Source: Minisyncoccota bacterium
GTDB taxonomy: Bacteria; Patescibacteriota; Minisyncoccia; Phycocordibacterales; CAIJYI01
DNA: 64,000 bases
Assembly (NCBI GenBank): GCA_023229825.1
Contig: JALNYN010000001.1
Location: 14,422-78,421, forward strand
Direction of reading: 5' to 3'
Part shown: positions 36,284-46,762 of the stretch, piece after piece
How the letters are laid out: the number at the start of each line of letters is the position of its first letter
Position numbering within the stretch: the stretch's first letter is position 1
Notes under the pieces: model-generated
Databases searched by the model: none
Told to the model about the DNA's origin: nothing
What the model saw: the letters and a program-made list of their open reading frames with translations, nothing else
Position numbers and translations under genes: made by a program

Positions 36284-36477
36284 ATATATTTTATACGTAA
36301 AAAATATATTACATTGTTAATATAGCACTTCTGCAGAAAGATGCAAGCGGTCATGTCGACAATATAGAAAAGTGGATAGATCAGCATTCTTTTTCTGGAT
36401 ACTTGACTCTTTGTATATAGTGTAGTACTATAAAATTGGTACTTGAATTTTTTACATATACAATATAGGAGGAAAGT

Positions 36478-37266
36478 ATGGAAGTTTTAGACATAATGAA
36501 TCTCAAAGAACTTGAGATTCGGCAAAAGACGGAGCCGATCAAATTTCCGGTTCATACAGAAGAAAAGCACGAGGCATTTTTCAGAGCGCTGGAAAAGCAC
36601 CGAAAAGTTCGATACAGCTGGAAGATCGGAGTGCTCGTCGTTCGAGACTGCGAACCGATCGAAAACGTGGAATTTGCACTGGCTATCGGCCGTTTTATTC
36701 CATCCGTCGAGGATCTGATCCGTATTTTGGCGGTGTCCGGCATCAGTTGCCGTATTACGGAATGGAAGGGGGAAATTTCTGAAATTAAAGTGAAAAACCT
36801 CGAGAGCCTGGCCGGGTCATGCCGTCTGTGTCTGCCGGCGCCGAAAGGGAAGACCGAACATGAACTCGAAAAGCTATTGAGATTCGGTCACGAGTACCTT
36901 GCGATCAGGATCACAGATACTCGTCCGATCGCATTTCCTGTCAAAGCGGAAAATAGCGAAAATGCCGATTTTTTCCGGTTGCTGCCTCTCGTCCGCCGTG
37001 TTACGTATAACTGGGAAAAAAACGAAATGTATCTTATTGATGCTACGAACACTTGCCGTCCGAAGACTTTGATCATCTCGCATGAAGCATTTGCAAAAGC
37101 GGTTGGTCGGAGGTCGGTAACGTCGGCTGAGATGCTGGTACTTCTGGCGTTGTCGAAAATTACTTTTGCCGTGACATGCTGGCAAGGATTTTTTTTCAAA
37201 GAAACCATGGATCGGTTCATGGATTATACCGATCGTCTGCGTTCACCGAGCATTGAAAGAGCTTGA
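36478..37266 (+). CDS. hypothetical protein
   Basis: 262-aa ORF with RBS (aggaggaaagtATG), followed by a terminator. Confidence 0.55.
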   Translation: MEVLDIMNLKELEIRQKTEPIKFPVHTEEKHEAFFRALEKHRKVRYSWKIGVLVVRDCEPIENVEFALAIGRFIPSVEDLIRILAVSGISCRITEWKGEISEIKVKNLESLAGSCRLCLPAPKGKTEHELEKLLRFGHEYLAIRITDTRPIAFPVKAENSENADFFRLLPLVRRVTYNWEKNEMYLIDATNTCRPKTLIISHEAFAKAVGRRSVTSAEMLVLLALSKITFAVTCWQGFFFKETMDRFMDYTDRLRSPSIERA

Positions 37267-37276
37267 CGGTAAGCGC

Positions 37277-37308
37277 AAAGCGCCCGAATGATATCGGGCG
37301 CTTTTTAC
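37277..37308 (+). terminator. rho-independent terminator
   Basis: AAAGCGCCCGAATGATATCGGGCGCTTTTTAC. Confidence 0.75.
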
Positions 37309-37337
37309 TTTTCGGATTTTTCTCGTATACTATATTC

Positions 37338-37793
37338 ATGCACATACTACTTTTTTTCGCATTGATATTATGGGTGAGTTTCTGCTTCGCCAAAATGGAA
37401 ATTGAGATCGAAGGCGAACGAGGCTGGGCGGACAATCTTCCGACGTGGAGGGTCTCAAAAGATCATGTAATGTCGCGCTTGCTCGCAGGGGGAAGGGAAT
37501 TGACCGGCTATCATCTGTGGGTGCAAAGTTTTGTTTTTTCACTTTTGCATCTGGTATTTCTTTTTGTTCCGTGGGAACTTTGGGTAGAACTCCAGATCAT
37601 ATCATTTATTTTTTACGTCTGGATCGTGGAAGATTTCCTGTGGTTTCTTTTGAATCCCGCGTTCGGCCTCGTAAATTTCAGAAGAGACAAAATATGGTGG
37701 CACGAGCGGCACTGGTGGTGGATCGCGCCGCGCGATTATTTCCTTTTCATTCCGATAGCAACGATACTGTACATCGTTTCGACCACAATATAA
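37338..37793 (+). CDS. hypothetical multi-TM membrane protein (start moved to 37338; TATACT -10 lies 6 nt upstream, candidate leaderless)
   Basis: The upstream part of the ORF is occupied by a terminator; tcgtatactatattcATG. Confidence 0.45.
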   Translation: MHILLFFALILWVSFCFAKMEIEIEGERGWADNLPTWRVSKDHVMSRLLAGGRELTGYHLWVQSFVFSLLHLVFLFVPWELWVELQIISFIFYVWIVEDFLWFLLNPAFGLVNFRRDKIWWHERHWWWIAPRDYFLFIPIATILYIVSTTI

Positions 37794-37831
37794 TAAAAAA
37801 ATAGGCGCTCAGCAAAGGAGCGCCTTATGTT

Positions 37832-38995
37832 TTATTCGGTTCCGAAACGGATCAAGCCGCCAAAATCATTATTTCGCGTCATCGTTTGAATAAGTGCTTT
37901 GGGACAATAATAATGGAGTCCGAACGCTTCTGCAACGGCTTTATAGGTCACTTTACCTGAAATAATATTCAGACCTTTCAAAAGCGCTTCGTTTTGTTGT
38001 ACGGCCGCGATCCATCCTTTGTTCGCCAATTCAAGCGCGTAAGGCAGAGTTGCATTGGTAAGTGCGATCGTTGAGGTCCGAGGGAATGCGCCCGGCATAT
38101 TGGCTACGCCGTAGTGTACAATACCGTCAACGAGAAAGATCGGATCTTTGTGGGTGGTTGGACGCATGGTTTCCACGCAACCACCTTGGTCGATAGCGAC
38201 GTCAACAATGACCGCACCCGGTTTCATCGTCTTGAGATCTTCGTGCCGGATCAATTTTGGAGCAGCCGCGCCGGGGATGAGCACTCCGCCGATCACGAGG
38301 TCAGCGTCTTTGATGTGTTTCAAAATGTTTTCACGATTGGAAACAAGCCCCTCCGCTTCGGGTAAAATATCTCGGAGGTAGCGCAGACGGGGAAGCGATG
38401 CGTCCAAAATGACAACGCTTGCTCCCATGCCGAGCGCTTTTTTTGCCGCATTCAATCCGACGATCCCGCCGCCCAAAACGACGACTTTGCCGCGCGCTGT
38501 GCCGGTCACTCCGCCGAGTAAAATGCCGCGTCCGCCGTAGATCTTTTCCAAATATTTTGCGCCTTCATGCGTTGCCATACTGCCGGCAACTTCCGACATG
38601 GGCACGAGCAAGGGAAGAGAATGATCGGGCAATTCAACGGTTTCGTACGCGATGCAAGTTGCACCAGACTTTAAGTGCGCTTCGGTTAAAGTTCTGTCCG
38701 CCGCAAAATGGAAGTAGGTGAAGATCACCTGATCTTTTTTCATGCGAGGCCATTCGGGAGCGATCGGTTCTTTGACCTTGATGATCATGTCGGACAATTT
38801 CCAGACGCTTTCTGCTGTCGTCATAATTGAAGCGCCGGCTAAATAATATTCTTGAACGTCAAATCCGCTTCCATCTCCCGCTCCGTTTTGAACAAGTACA
38901 GAGTGTCCTGCGGAAACAAGCGCTTCCACTCCTGCCGGGGTAACGCCTACGCGATTCTCATTCGTTTTAATCTCTTTTGGAACACCAATTTTCAT
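37832..38995 (-). CDS. ald: alanine dehydrogenase
   Basis: MKIGVPKEIKTNENRVG..; NAD-binding VVVLGGGIVGLNAA. Confidence 0.9.
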   Translation of the reverse strand: MKIGVPKEIKTNENRVGVTPAGVEALVSAGHSVLVQNGAGDGSGFDVQEYYLAGASIMTTAESVWKLSDMIIKVKEPIAPEWPRMKKDQVIFTYFHFAADRTLTEAHLKSGATCIAYETVELPDHSLPLLVPMSEVAGSMATHEGAKYLEKIYGGRGILLGGVTGTARGKVVVLGGGIVGLNAAKKALGMGASVVILDASLPRLRYLRDILPEAEGLVSNRENILKHIKDADLVIGGVLIPGAAAPKLIRHEDLKTMKPGAVIVDVAIDQGGCVETMRPTTHKDPIFLVDGIVHYGVANMPGAFPRTSTIALTNATLPYALELANKGWIAAVQQNEALLKGLNIISGKVTYKAVAEAFGLHYYCPKALIQTMTRNNDFGGLIRFGTE

Positions 38996-39097
38996 CGTTT
39001 TCTCCTTTGAGAAGCGAAATTAAAAAAGAGTTGCTTTATATAAAAAAGAACTCTCTCCACTGACCACAAACTATATCCGAATCATACTTATGTCAAG

Positions 39098-39143
39098 TTT
39101 TCTACAAGGTTAGTCCTTGTACAAGGACTAACCTTGTAGAAAA
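39098..39143. promoter_or_regulatory. perfect 46-bp palindrome upstream of ald
   Basis: TTTCTACAAGGTTAGTCCTTGT|ACAAGGACTAACCTTGTAGAAA. Confidence 0.5.
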
Positions 39144-39145
39144 AA

Positions 39146-39166
39146 GACCCCGTGTTGCACGGGGTC
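39146..39166 (-). terminator. terminator hairpin after the hydroxylase gene (minus strand)
   Basis: GACCCCGTGTTGCACGGGGTC, with a T-run on the minus strand. Confidence 0.55.
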
Positions 39167-39186
39167 CGGAGATATGGAATACGAAC

Positions 39187-40020
39187 TTATCTGCTAGTCC
39201 GTTTCCATTTTAAGAGGAGCGCTTCCAAAAAACTCGGTTCGCGTATTTGGGGAAGACCGATCGCGTCCGGTTCCGACTTAAGGTATGTGCCGAAAGCCCG
39301 GTCCCAGACGGAGAGGGCGAATCCGAAATTGCTTTCGTGTTCCCTCCATTGTTTGGAATGGTGAACGAGATGTTTGCATGGTACGATAAAAATGTACGCG
39401 AGCTTTTTTTCTCCGCGAAACGTAATGTTCGCGTGGTTCATCATGACGATGGCGGTGATGATTATTTCGTTGAACGCGACCAAGAGAGTCGGTACGCCCA
39501 TGATGACGATAAAAAGCGCTTTTCCAACAGTGGTTAAAAATACTTCCACGATGTGCAAACGCAACGCTGTCGTCGTGTTCAGGTCGATATCGCTGTGATG
39601 AACCTTGTGGAACATCCATAAAAATTTAACTTGATGGCGAGCCCGATGCATCCAATAGAGCATAAGGTCGAACAGCGTGAATGATAAGAACATTTTAATG
39701 GGAATGCTTTGGATAAGATTGAACAATCCGAAACCCGAAAAGTTCTCGGCGATCATCAAAAGCGATGACACCGACAAAAGATTCATGGTCACGTCATTGA
39801 ATAAAAACATTTGTACGTTCAAACGCCGTGAACGATTGACAATGCCCGTATCATTGGCGCGCTGTCCGCTGTGTTTTTCCGCGATGATAAGCAGAGCAAA
39901 CACGAGCAGGACAAAGATCTTCTGATATCCGGAAGCGAATAACAAGCTCTCATTATTGAGTTCCACGATAAGGTCTCCTATTTTTGATATAAAGAACAAA
40001 ATTAAAGAACAAAAAAACAA
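39187..40020 (-). CDS. fatty-acid hydroxylase / sterol-desaturase superfamily membrane protein
   Basis: Histidine boxes HRARH, HKVHHS, HHSKQ. Confidence 0.75.
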   Translation of the reverse strand: MFFCSLILFFISKIGDLIVELNNESLLFASGYQKIFVLLVFALLIIAEKHSGQRANDTGIVNRSRRLNVQMFLFNDVTMNLLSVSSLLMIAENFSGFGLFNLIQSIPIKMFLSFTLFDLMLYWMHRARHQVKFLWMFHKVHHSDIDLNTTTALRLHIVEVFLTTVGKALFIVIMGVPTLLVAFNEIIITAIVMMNHANITFRGEKKLAYIFIVPCKHLVHHSKQWREHESNFGFALSVWDRAFGTYLKSEPDAIGLPQIREPSFLEALLLKWKRTSR

Positions 40021-40354
40021 CCCCCAGTCGTCACCTTCCGCAAGGCAGAGACGACTACGCGGGGCAAAGTTTTCGATATATAAAATACTAAATTGGAAGA
40101 AAATAAGAAAATAATCTTCCGTGTTTCACTTTAAATCGATAAAATGAAAATACGGTGAAGTTGTTTATCGCACGGAAATATTTTTTGTAGTATAATGAAC
40201 GTATAAAAAGAAATTACCAGCGATAAATATTTTTTATATGGCAAAAGGAATGTCGCACAAAAAAGAGGCGAAGAAGCCGAAAAAGGGAGCGAAGAAATAG
40301 TCAGATGACTAAAAAAAGCCCCGCGGACGCTTTGCGTCTCTGCGGGGTTTTATT

Positions 40355-41431
40355 TTACTGTTTCAGGATTTTTTCTATTTCCAAATACCTTTCGATTCTT
40401 GGAAGATCGGCGATAGTTCGGGCTTTTTCATAGAAAACAGGAAAATTCTTTCCGGAAAGTTCAAACAGTTTTTTGAAAAAAGGCATGAGATCTTTATACT
40501 CATTCTCTCCGACGATGTCGGCATTGTTAAGATTTTTCGCGAACCACGCATCGTAACCGCGGTCTCCGCCCCAGCTTTCTTTGAGACGGACGTATTTGCC
40601 ACGCATGTCTGCAAAAATTTTATTTTTTTCAAGACGCATTTGGTCCGGCGCAATGTCTTTTTTATACAAGGTTCGGAGTTCGTTTCGTACGCCGATGATG
40701 AGCGATCCGAATTCATCGCCGCGTTTTTCTTGTTCAAGATTTTTTTTCACTCCGTCTTCGCCGTAGTGTTTCGCTACCCAAAGCTGCTGCCCGGTCTGTC
40801 CTACAAAGCCGGCGAACGCTTCATTGAATGCGGTATCGTTTTTTACATATAACACCTCGTGCGCTTTTTCGTGAATGATAAGACCCGCGAGTCCTGCCGG
40901 AGAATAATTAAAATAGGTATTCATGGCAGGATCCGAGAACCACCCGATAGTGGAAAACGCTATCACTCCGCGAAGAGAAACGTCATAGCCGTTTTTTTGG
41001 AGCTCATGTTTTGCTCGCTCAGCTCTTGTTACGTCAAAAAAACCCAAATAAGAAGAACACCCGGCGACAGGAAAACACCACATCTTCGGAACGGTCGAAA
41101 ATTCAGGAGTGGCCGTTAATGCCCAGATGGCGTAAGGTCTCCCGATATCCACATAAGCGGTATAGCTTTCTGTGGGGAGAAGTCCAATCTCATAAATGGC
41201 GAATTCTCGAATTTCTTTTATCATGAGCAAATGTTCTTTTAATTCGGTCGAGATAGTTTTATTCGAGAGTAATTTTGATATCGGCGTACGGTGTGAAAGT
41301 ATGTTCATTTCTCCGTACATCATGTGAGAATAATATCCCGGACCGGTGACTGTTGAACATGACCCGAGAAGGATAAGAACGGTAAGGATCGCGCTCCATA
41401 AAACGAGGCGCCATTTGTTGCGGCATTTCAT
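40355..41431 (-). CDS. putative zinc metallopeptidase lipoprotein (predicted aminopeptidase-like)
   Basis: Lipobox LLGSC; HExxH motif IIHEKAHEV. Confidence 0.7.
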   Translation of the reverse strand: MKCRNKWRLVLWSAILTVLILLGSCSTVTGPGYYSHMMYGEMNILSHRTPISKLLSNKTISTELKEHLLMIKEIREFAIYEIGLLPTESYTAYVDIGRPYAIWALTATPEFSTVPKMWCFPVAGCSSYLGFFDVTRAERAKHELQKNGYDVSLRGVIAFSTIGWFSDPAMNTYFNYSPAGLAGLIIHEKAHEVLYVKNDTAFNEAFAGFVGQTGQQLWVAKHYGEDGVKKNLEQEKRGDEFGSLIIGVRNELRTLYKKDIAPDQMRLEKNKIFADMRGKYVRLKESWGGDRGYDAWFAKNLNNADIVGENEYKDLMPFFKKLFELSGKNFPVFYEKARTIADLPRIERYLEIEKILKQ

Positions 41432-41529
41432 TGTAAACCTCCGAAAACGGTATTTTAAAGGAACGGTCTTCCTTTATCATATCACTTCCAGAAATTTCGT
41501 CATTTATGCATGCGTCGTGTGCTATCCGA

Positions 41530-42027
41530 TCAGTCAAGTTTTTCGACATCCTTCAGTACCTCTGCCGGATGGGTGAGCGGGTCGACTTTTTGATAGTGCT
41601 TGATGAGAGTTCCTTTTTCGTCAAGCAAGAATGATTCGCGCACGACCCCCATATATGTTTTTCCGTACAAGGTCTTCTGTTTCCAGACGCCATATTGATT
41701 GACCACTTTTTTCTTTTCGTCGGAAAGCAGCGTGAAATTGAGAGACTCTTTTTCAGAGAATTTTTTATGCGATGCTACGCTATCGGTGCTAATCCCGACT
41801 ATAACCAAGCCCTTTTCGGAAAGCTCTTTTTCGTGGTCGCGAAAACACTGCGCTTCGAGCGTGCAGCCCTTGGTCATGTCCTTCGGATAAAAATACAGCA
41901 GCACCTTTTTACCTCGATATTCAAGGAGAGAATGAAGAACGCCATTTTGGTCGGGAAGCTCAAAGTACGGCGCTTCTTCCCCGATCCTTTTTTGAAATGC
42001 GATTTCTTTTTTCATGAAGTTATTCAA
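41530..42027 (-). CDS. bcp: peroxiredoxin Bcp/PrxQ (thiol peroxidase)
   Basis: FYPKDMTKGCTLEAQCFRD. Confidence 0.9.
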   Translation of the reverse strand: MNNFMKKEIAFQKRIGEEAPYFELPDQNGVLHSLLEYRGKKVLLYFYPKDMTKGCTLEAQCFRDHEKELSEKGLVIVGISTDSVASHKKFSEKESLNFTLLSDEKKKVVNQYGVWKQKTLYGKTYMGVVRESFLLDEKGTLIKHYQKVDPLTHPAEVLKDVEKLD

Positions 42028-42140
42028 TTAGTTATTTCTCCCGAATTAGTACGCGATTAATTCGTGAAATATTTCTGAATGAAATTATGAATTCCATCTC
42101 GCGTATGAAGATATGTTATTCGCGAATACAAAAAATATGT

Positions 42141-42539
42141 ATGGCAAACAATAAAGTAATTCATTTTGAGATACAAGCGGACGATGTCGCGCGCGCAAAA
42201 GATTTTTATAGCAAGTCATTCGGCTGGAATATACAACAAGCCATGACCGCAGGAAAAGACGGCAACGGCATGGACTATTGGATGATCGAAACCGGACCGA
42301 AAGATATGCCCGGTATCGGCGGGGGAATGTATGCTCGCCCCAAGGACGGCAAAACCTATGCGTACAAATGTACGGTTTTAGTGGAAAATATCGATGAAGC
42401 GATGGAGAGCATTAAAAAGAACGGCGGGAAGGTGACGAGGGAGAAGACGAATATGGAAAAGATCGGATGGTTCGCCGAAGCGGTCGATACCGAAGGGAAT
42501 GTGTTTTCGATCATGCAAGCGACGGACTGGAAACCGTAA
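42141..42539 (+). CDS. VOC/glyoxalase-family protein
   Basis: HFEIQADDVARAKDFYSKSFGW; start taken at MANNKVIHFE. Confidence 0.75.
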   Translation: MANNKVIHFEIQADDVARAKDFYSKSFGWNIQQAMTAGKDGNGMDYWMIETGPKDMPGIGGGMYARPKDGKTYAYKCTVLVENIDEAMESIKKNGGKVTREKTNMEKIGWFAEAVDTEGNVFSIMQATDWKP

Positions 42540-42702
42540 GGAAAAAAAGTTTGCATTTTGTTGCCGATTATTTAACTCTGCGCGTTCGCGCGGAGTTTTT
42601 TGTATTTTCCATGTTGTTATTTTAAAACAAAAATTTGCAGATTGAGCCTTTTTCCCATAGAATAGTGCAAAATGAAATTTTAATGAGTTTATCTGCAAAA
42701 AT

Positions 42703-45700
42703 ATGAAATCAAAATATGCATTTATTTTAGTCGTCGCTTCTCTTTTTTTCTTCGCGAACTTTGCTGACGCGAGAACGATCGGAGCGGTTTTGAACGGGAA
42801 ATACTTAAGCCCATCAGTGACGGTATTCGATATTGATGATAATAACAAAATTCTCGGAAATGTCACCCTTCCTCCCGGTCGCTTTTTCTATGCTTCGGGC
42901 GATGTATTTATCGCTAAAGCTCAAAATCAAACTGTTGCTTTTGTGACAACGAACGACAGAAAGGTTTTTGTTATTGACCTATCTTCCGATATTCCAAAAT
43001 TAGCTTCCGGAGTTAATCCCATTTTAATTTCCAACTCTGCAGGCGATATTACCATGAGTACGGATGGAGAATTTTTGATCGTTTCCGGCAGCACGTCGGG
43101 CGAACCGATCTCCATAATAAATATTGCATCAAGGCAAGAACTCGGTACTTTTTCAGGTGCAACAAATGTCAATTCTGTGGATATTTGTTCCGATGGATCC
43201 CTTTTGATGTCTTCTTCATCCGGAAACGTGCGGAGATTCACTATTAATAATGCAGGCGGAATTATCGACACAGGAGAGTTGCTTCCGGTCGTTAATCCAA
43301 GAAATGTCGTTTGCTCGCCGGATGGAAGAACTGGAATAATTATAAGTTCGAACCGCATTACCTCATTCCGTGTGTCGGGAATGACGCCAATAAGCAACAG
43401 ATCATTGTCGTACATGTTTCGCGGAATTTCCGGTGTTTTTAGCGCCTCCGGAGATAGATTTTTTGTTCGTGAATGTTTCAACCCGTTTCACGACGGAGAG
43501 ATAAAAGCGTTTGCTTATGATTCAAACTCCGGACAATTTGGCACTTCTCTTTTTACCATATCGGCGACAGAAACTAGCGAGGTGAGCGGTATTGAACAAC
43601 TCGCTGTTGATCCCGATGGAACTAGGCTATATGTACCATCAATGTATTACTCTGTAAGCATGTACGATGCGCACACCGGTTCATTTTTGTCATCATCGCC
43701 ATTTGGATTAATGTATTCAACAGGCATAGCGGTTGCAATGAAAACCGTTCAAAGCAATGTAACGATACTTGCGAATGCGAGCGTGACTGAAGATGACGGT
43801 ATAAATGATGCGAAAGGGGTTGCTGAAAAAACGAGCTTCAGCTTCGGTGTGCAATACAAAGGAATTGTACCTAATTCAGTTCGAGCAATTATCGAAAATA
43901 ATAATGGAACACTTATCGGACTCGAATTGTACGCAACGTCGACCGATTATGCGAATGGGGTTTTCTTTTCCAATTCGTCTACTTTCCCGAAAGGACAATA
44001 TTCTTACCGTTTTGAGGCGACCGCGGAAGGAAATACTTTAACCTTAGCGGGGGGAAATATTACCGCCGGTTATTCCAATGTGGCCTTTTTGCCGGGCATT
44101 AAAGCGAGCCGTCTTTTCAATCAAGGAGACGTACTTGAAGATCAGCTTTGGGAACCGAATTGGTGGTCGGACACGAACGAGCTTATGATGAATCCCGACG
44201 GTACGAGTGAAAATGAAAATATCTACACCAAAACCGATGAGTATCTTGGAACGATCGATCAAGCGAACGTACTTCCCGGATCTCTTTTGAGAGAAAACTT
44301 TTACGTAAGCTTCCTGGATTTCATGAATAGCATGAAAGAAAATGGTGAGATCGCGGACTGGAAATCTCTGCCGTATGACTGGCGGCTCGCATTTCCAAGA
44401 ATTTTAAATCAGGGGAACTCAACGGTGAACGGCAAGATATTTTACGATGACCGGTATGCAACCGATACGCCGTATATTTTGCAAGAAATACGAGCGCTTG
44501 CACAGTCTTCCGACACGGGAAAAGTGAATATTATCGGTCACTCAATGGGTGGGTTGCTTGCAAAGAAACTTCTTGTCGATCACGCAGACATTGCGAACAT
44601 GACCGATACGCTCATTCTGGTTGACTCTCCTCAGCTTGGAACCCCGCAAGCTGTTGCCACCATCCTTCACGGAACCAACGAAAATATTCCGAGCAGTTTC
44701 GGCCTCTTCAGCGACGCCGAGACAGGAAGAAGAGTGGCGCAAAACATGCCATCGGTGTACACGCTTTTGCCTTCGCGGGAATATGCGGAACGTGTCGAGG
44801 AAAGCGGTCTTGGATATTCCGCTCTCATTAAACAAGATGCCTCGCTTCAAAGCCTTGCGAATGACCCGCTTTTTGTTGGCGGCTCCGTTTTGGATTTTTA
44901 TCAAACGAAGTACGGTACGACGACCATTGCAACTTATGACGGAATGAAAGATTTTCTCGGAGGGAAAGACGGGCATCTTTCGGCTCCCGATAACGATATC
45001 ATTCACCCGAAACGAATTCAAATGGATATGCTCGCCGATGCGCAAGCGATACACGATGAAATTGACAACTGGACGCCGTCCGAAAAGATGCGCGTTGTTC
45101 AGATCGCCGGATGGGGAATCCCCGAAACGATTCGCGGATTGAATTACCGAGCAAAGCGGTCCTGTATCTGGAAACTTTGCACTGAACCGAAATTTGATGT
45201 TGAACCGCTTTTCACTTTTGACGGAGACGGGACGGTGACGCTCCCGAGCCAGACGGCGATGAATACCGAAACGTATTATGTGGATTTGAATTCGCATAAT
45301 TTCCTTTTAATAAAAGATCGTTCTCATGGTTCAGTTTTAGAAGTGGAAAGTGTCCGAAAACTTATTAATAATCTAGTTGAATATAAAGACAATCCTTCGG
45401 GTGGTTTAGAGTATATTAAAACAGATAAATCTCGGTTGGTTTCAGATAAAAAATTCATTCGACTCTCCCTTCACTCTCCCGTAAAAATTGACGTAACCGA
45501 CAAAAGCGGCAATCATCTGGGTATCTCTGAAAATTCAACTGCGGAAAAAATCGTTTACGATACTGAAATGCCCAACTCGTATTACGTGGAAATGGGAGAA
45601 GGAAAGTATCTCGGCTTTCCTCTCGAAACAGAGACTACCATTGATCTAGAGGGAACCGGGGAGGGAACTTTTACTCTTGAGATGGAACAATACCAAGGTG

Positions 45701-46113
45701 ACATACTTCAAGGAACGCAAACCTTCACCGATATTCCTGTGAGTCCGACGACCAGAGCGACTTTAATCGTAAATACGCTTGGTGATGCAAAAGAACTTGC
45801 GCTCGATCAAAACGGCGACGGCTCGATCGATTCAGTTGTGTTTACCGACGAGAATAAAGAAACAATAACGTTTCAAACTTTGGAAGACGCACTGCAAAAA
45901 CTTCCTGATCTACGGCCAGCGCTGTTAAACCAAGCTGAGACTGCGGAAAAACAATTCAATATAGGAAACTTCAAAGCAACGAATGCGCTTTTACTAGTTT
46001 TACAAAAAGAAATTCCTAAACTCTCTCAGGGCAATACGTCAAACGAGGAATATCTGAAGGTATTAGCGATTATCGATGTTCTTATTAAAACATCAGAAGA
46101 GAATATTCTGTAA
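42703..46113 (+). CDS. giant secreted LCAT/PGAP1-like lipase, paralog of 5951-10489 (different N-terminal beta-propeller-like region)
   Basis: Signal peptide; VNIIGHSMGGLLAKKL, SLPYDWRLAFP, GYSNVAFLPGIKASRLF; blocks collinear with the first paralog. Confidence 0.85.
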   Translation: MKSKYAFILVVASLFFFANFADARTIGAVLNGKYLSPSVTVFDIDDNNKILGNVTLPPGRFFYASGDVFIAKAQNQTVAFVTTNDRKVFVIDLSSDIPKLASGVNPILISNSAGDITMSTDGEFLIVSGSTSGEPISIINIASRQELGTFSGATNVNSVDICSDGSLLMSSSSGNVRRFTINNAGGIIDTGELLPVVNPRNVVCSPDGRTGIIISSNRITSFRVSGMTPISNRSLSYMFRGISGVFSASGDRFFVRECFNPFHDGEIKAFAYDSNSGQFGTSLFTISATETSEVSGIEQLAVDPDGTRLYVPSMYYSVSMYDAHTGSFLSSSPFGLMYSTGIAVAMKTVQSNVTILANASVTEDDGINDAKGVAEKTSFSFGVQYKGIVPNSVRAIIENNNGTLIGLELYATSTDYANGVFFSNSSTFPKGQYSYRFEATAEGNTLTLAGGNITAGYSNVAFLPGIKASRLFNQGDVLEDQLWEPNWWSDTNELMMNPDGTSENENIYTKTDEYLGTIDQANVLPGSLLRENFYVSFLDFMNSMKENGEIADWKSLPYDWRLAFPRILNQGNSTVNGKIFYDDRYATDTPYILQEIRALAQSSDTGKVNIIGHSMGGLLAKKLLVDHADIANMTDTLILVDSPQLGTPQAVATILHGTNENIPSSFGLFSDAETGRRVAQNMPSVYTLLPSREYAERVEESGLGYSALIKQDASLQSLANDPLFVGGSVLDFYQTKYGTTTIATYDGMKDFLGGKDGHLSAPDNDIIHPKRIQMDMLADAQAIHDEIDNWTPSEKMRVVQIAGWGIPETIRGLNYRAKRSCIWKLCTEPKFDVEPLFTFDGDGTVTLPSQTAMNTETYYVDLNSHNFLLIKDRSHGSVLEVESVRKLINNLVEYKDNPSGGLEYIKTDKSRLVSDKKFIRLSLHSPVKIDVTDKSGNHLGISENSTAEKIVYDTEMPNSYYVEMGEGKYLGFPLETETTIDLEGTGEGTFTLEMEQYQGDILQGTQTFTDIPVSPTTRATLIVNTLGDAKELALDQNGDGSIDSVVFTDENKETITFQTLEDALQKLPDLRPALLNQAETAEKQFNIGNFKATNALLLVLQKEIPKLSQGNTSNEEYLKVLAIIDVLIKTSEENIL

Positions 46114-46140
46114 AATGAAAGAGGGTGGTATAATAAAAAC

Positions 46141-46572
46141 ATGAACTACAAAAAACAAATTAAAATGGCATTTATCATTGCCTTCCTATTTTATCTTTTT
46201 CCGGTGTTCTCTCTTTATCGAGAAATGTTTCCTGACGGCGAATGTGAATTAAACCATAACGGCAATATATTACGATGTCTCTTTTTTGTGCTTTTGCCTG
46301 GCCTAGTTGCTTTATGGATGGTTGTGCTGATGTTTTTTCTCGTCGCGCTTTATTTTCTCAAAGAAGCCATCTTTCTCTCTTGGCGGAAGTTCGCGGTATG
46401 GTATCTCCCAATTGTTCTTGCTTTCACTTTCCTCATCGGTGGCGGATCGAACGGTTTCAATCCGGGCTACGGTTTTGATACCGAATCACTCACTTTCTTT
46501 TTCTCCGGTTTATTCGCATTAGTTTCGGTCATTCTCATTATCTATAAATCCATAAAATTAAGAGGAAAATAA
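46141..46572 (+). CDS. small membrane protein, paralog 3 (C-terminal ..ILIIYKSIKLRGK)
   Basis: Immediately downstream of lipase paralog 2, the same arrangement as 10531/11083 after lipase 1. Confidence 0.7.
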   Translation: MNYKKQIKMAFIIAFLFYLFPVFSLYREMFPDGECELNHNGNILRCLFFVLLPGLVALWMVVLMFFLVALYFLKEAIFLSWRKFAVWYLPIVLAFTFLIGGGSNGFNPGYGFDTESLTFFFSGLFALVSVILIIYKSIKLRGK

Positions 46573-46581
46573 TTGTTACCT

Positions 46582-46619
46582 CAACATAAAATGCCGGCTT
46601 ATGCGGGCATTTTATGTTG
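46582..46619 (+). terminator. rho-independent terminator
   Basis: CAACATAAAATGCCGGCTTATGCGGGCATTTTATGTTG. Confidence 0.75.
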
Positions 46620-46762
46620 TTAGTCGGATAATGATGGCGCTCTATTATCCCGTTGCTCCGTTCAATACTTCGTTTCCTGCTATGCACTGGTCGATTGTTT
46701 TTTATGGCGTTATAATAGAGGCAGGTCGTTAAAAGTAAAATAATAATAAAAAATAATATTCT

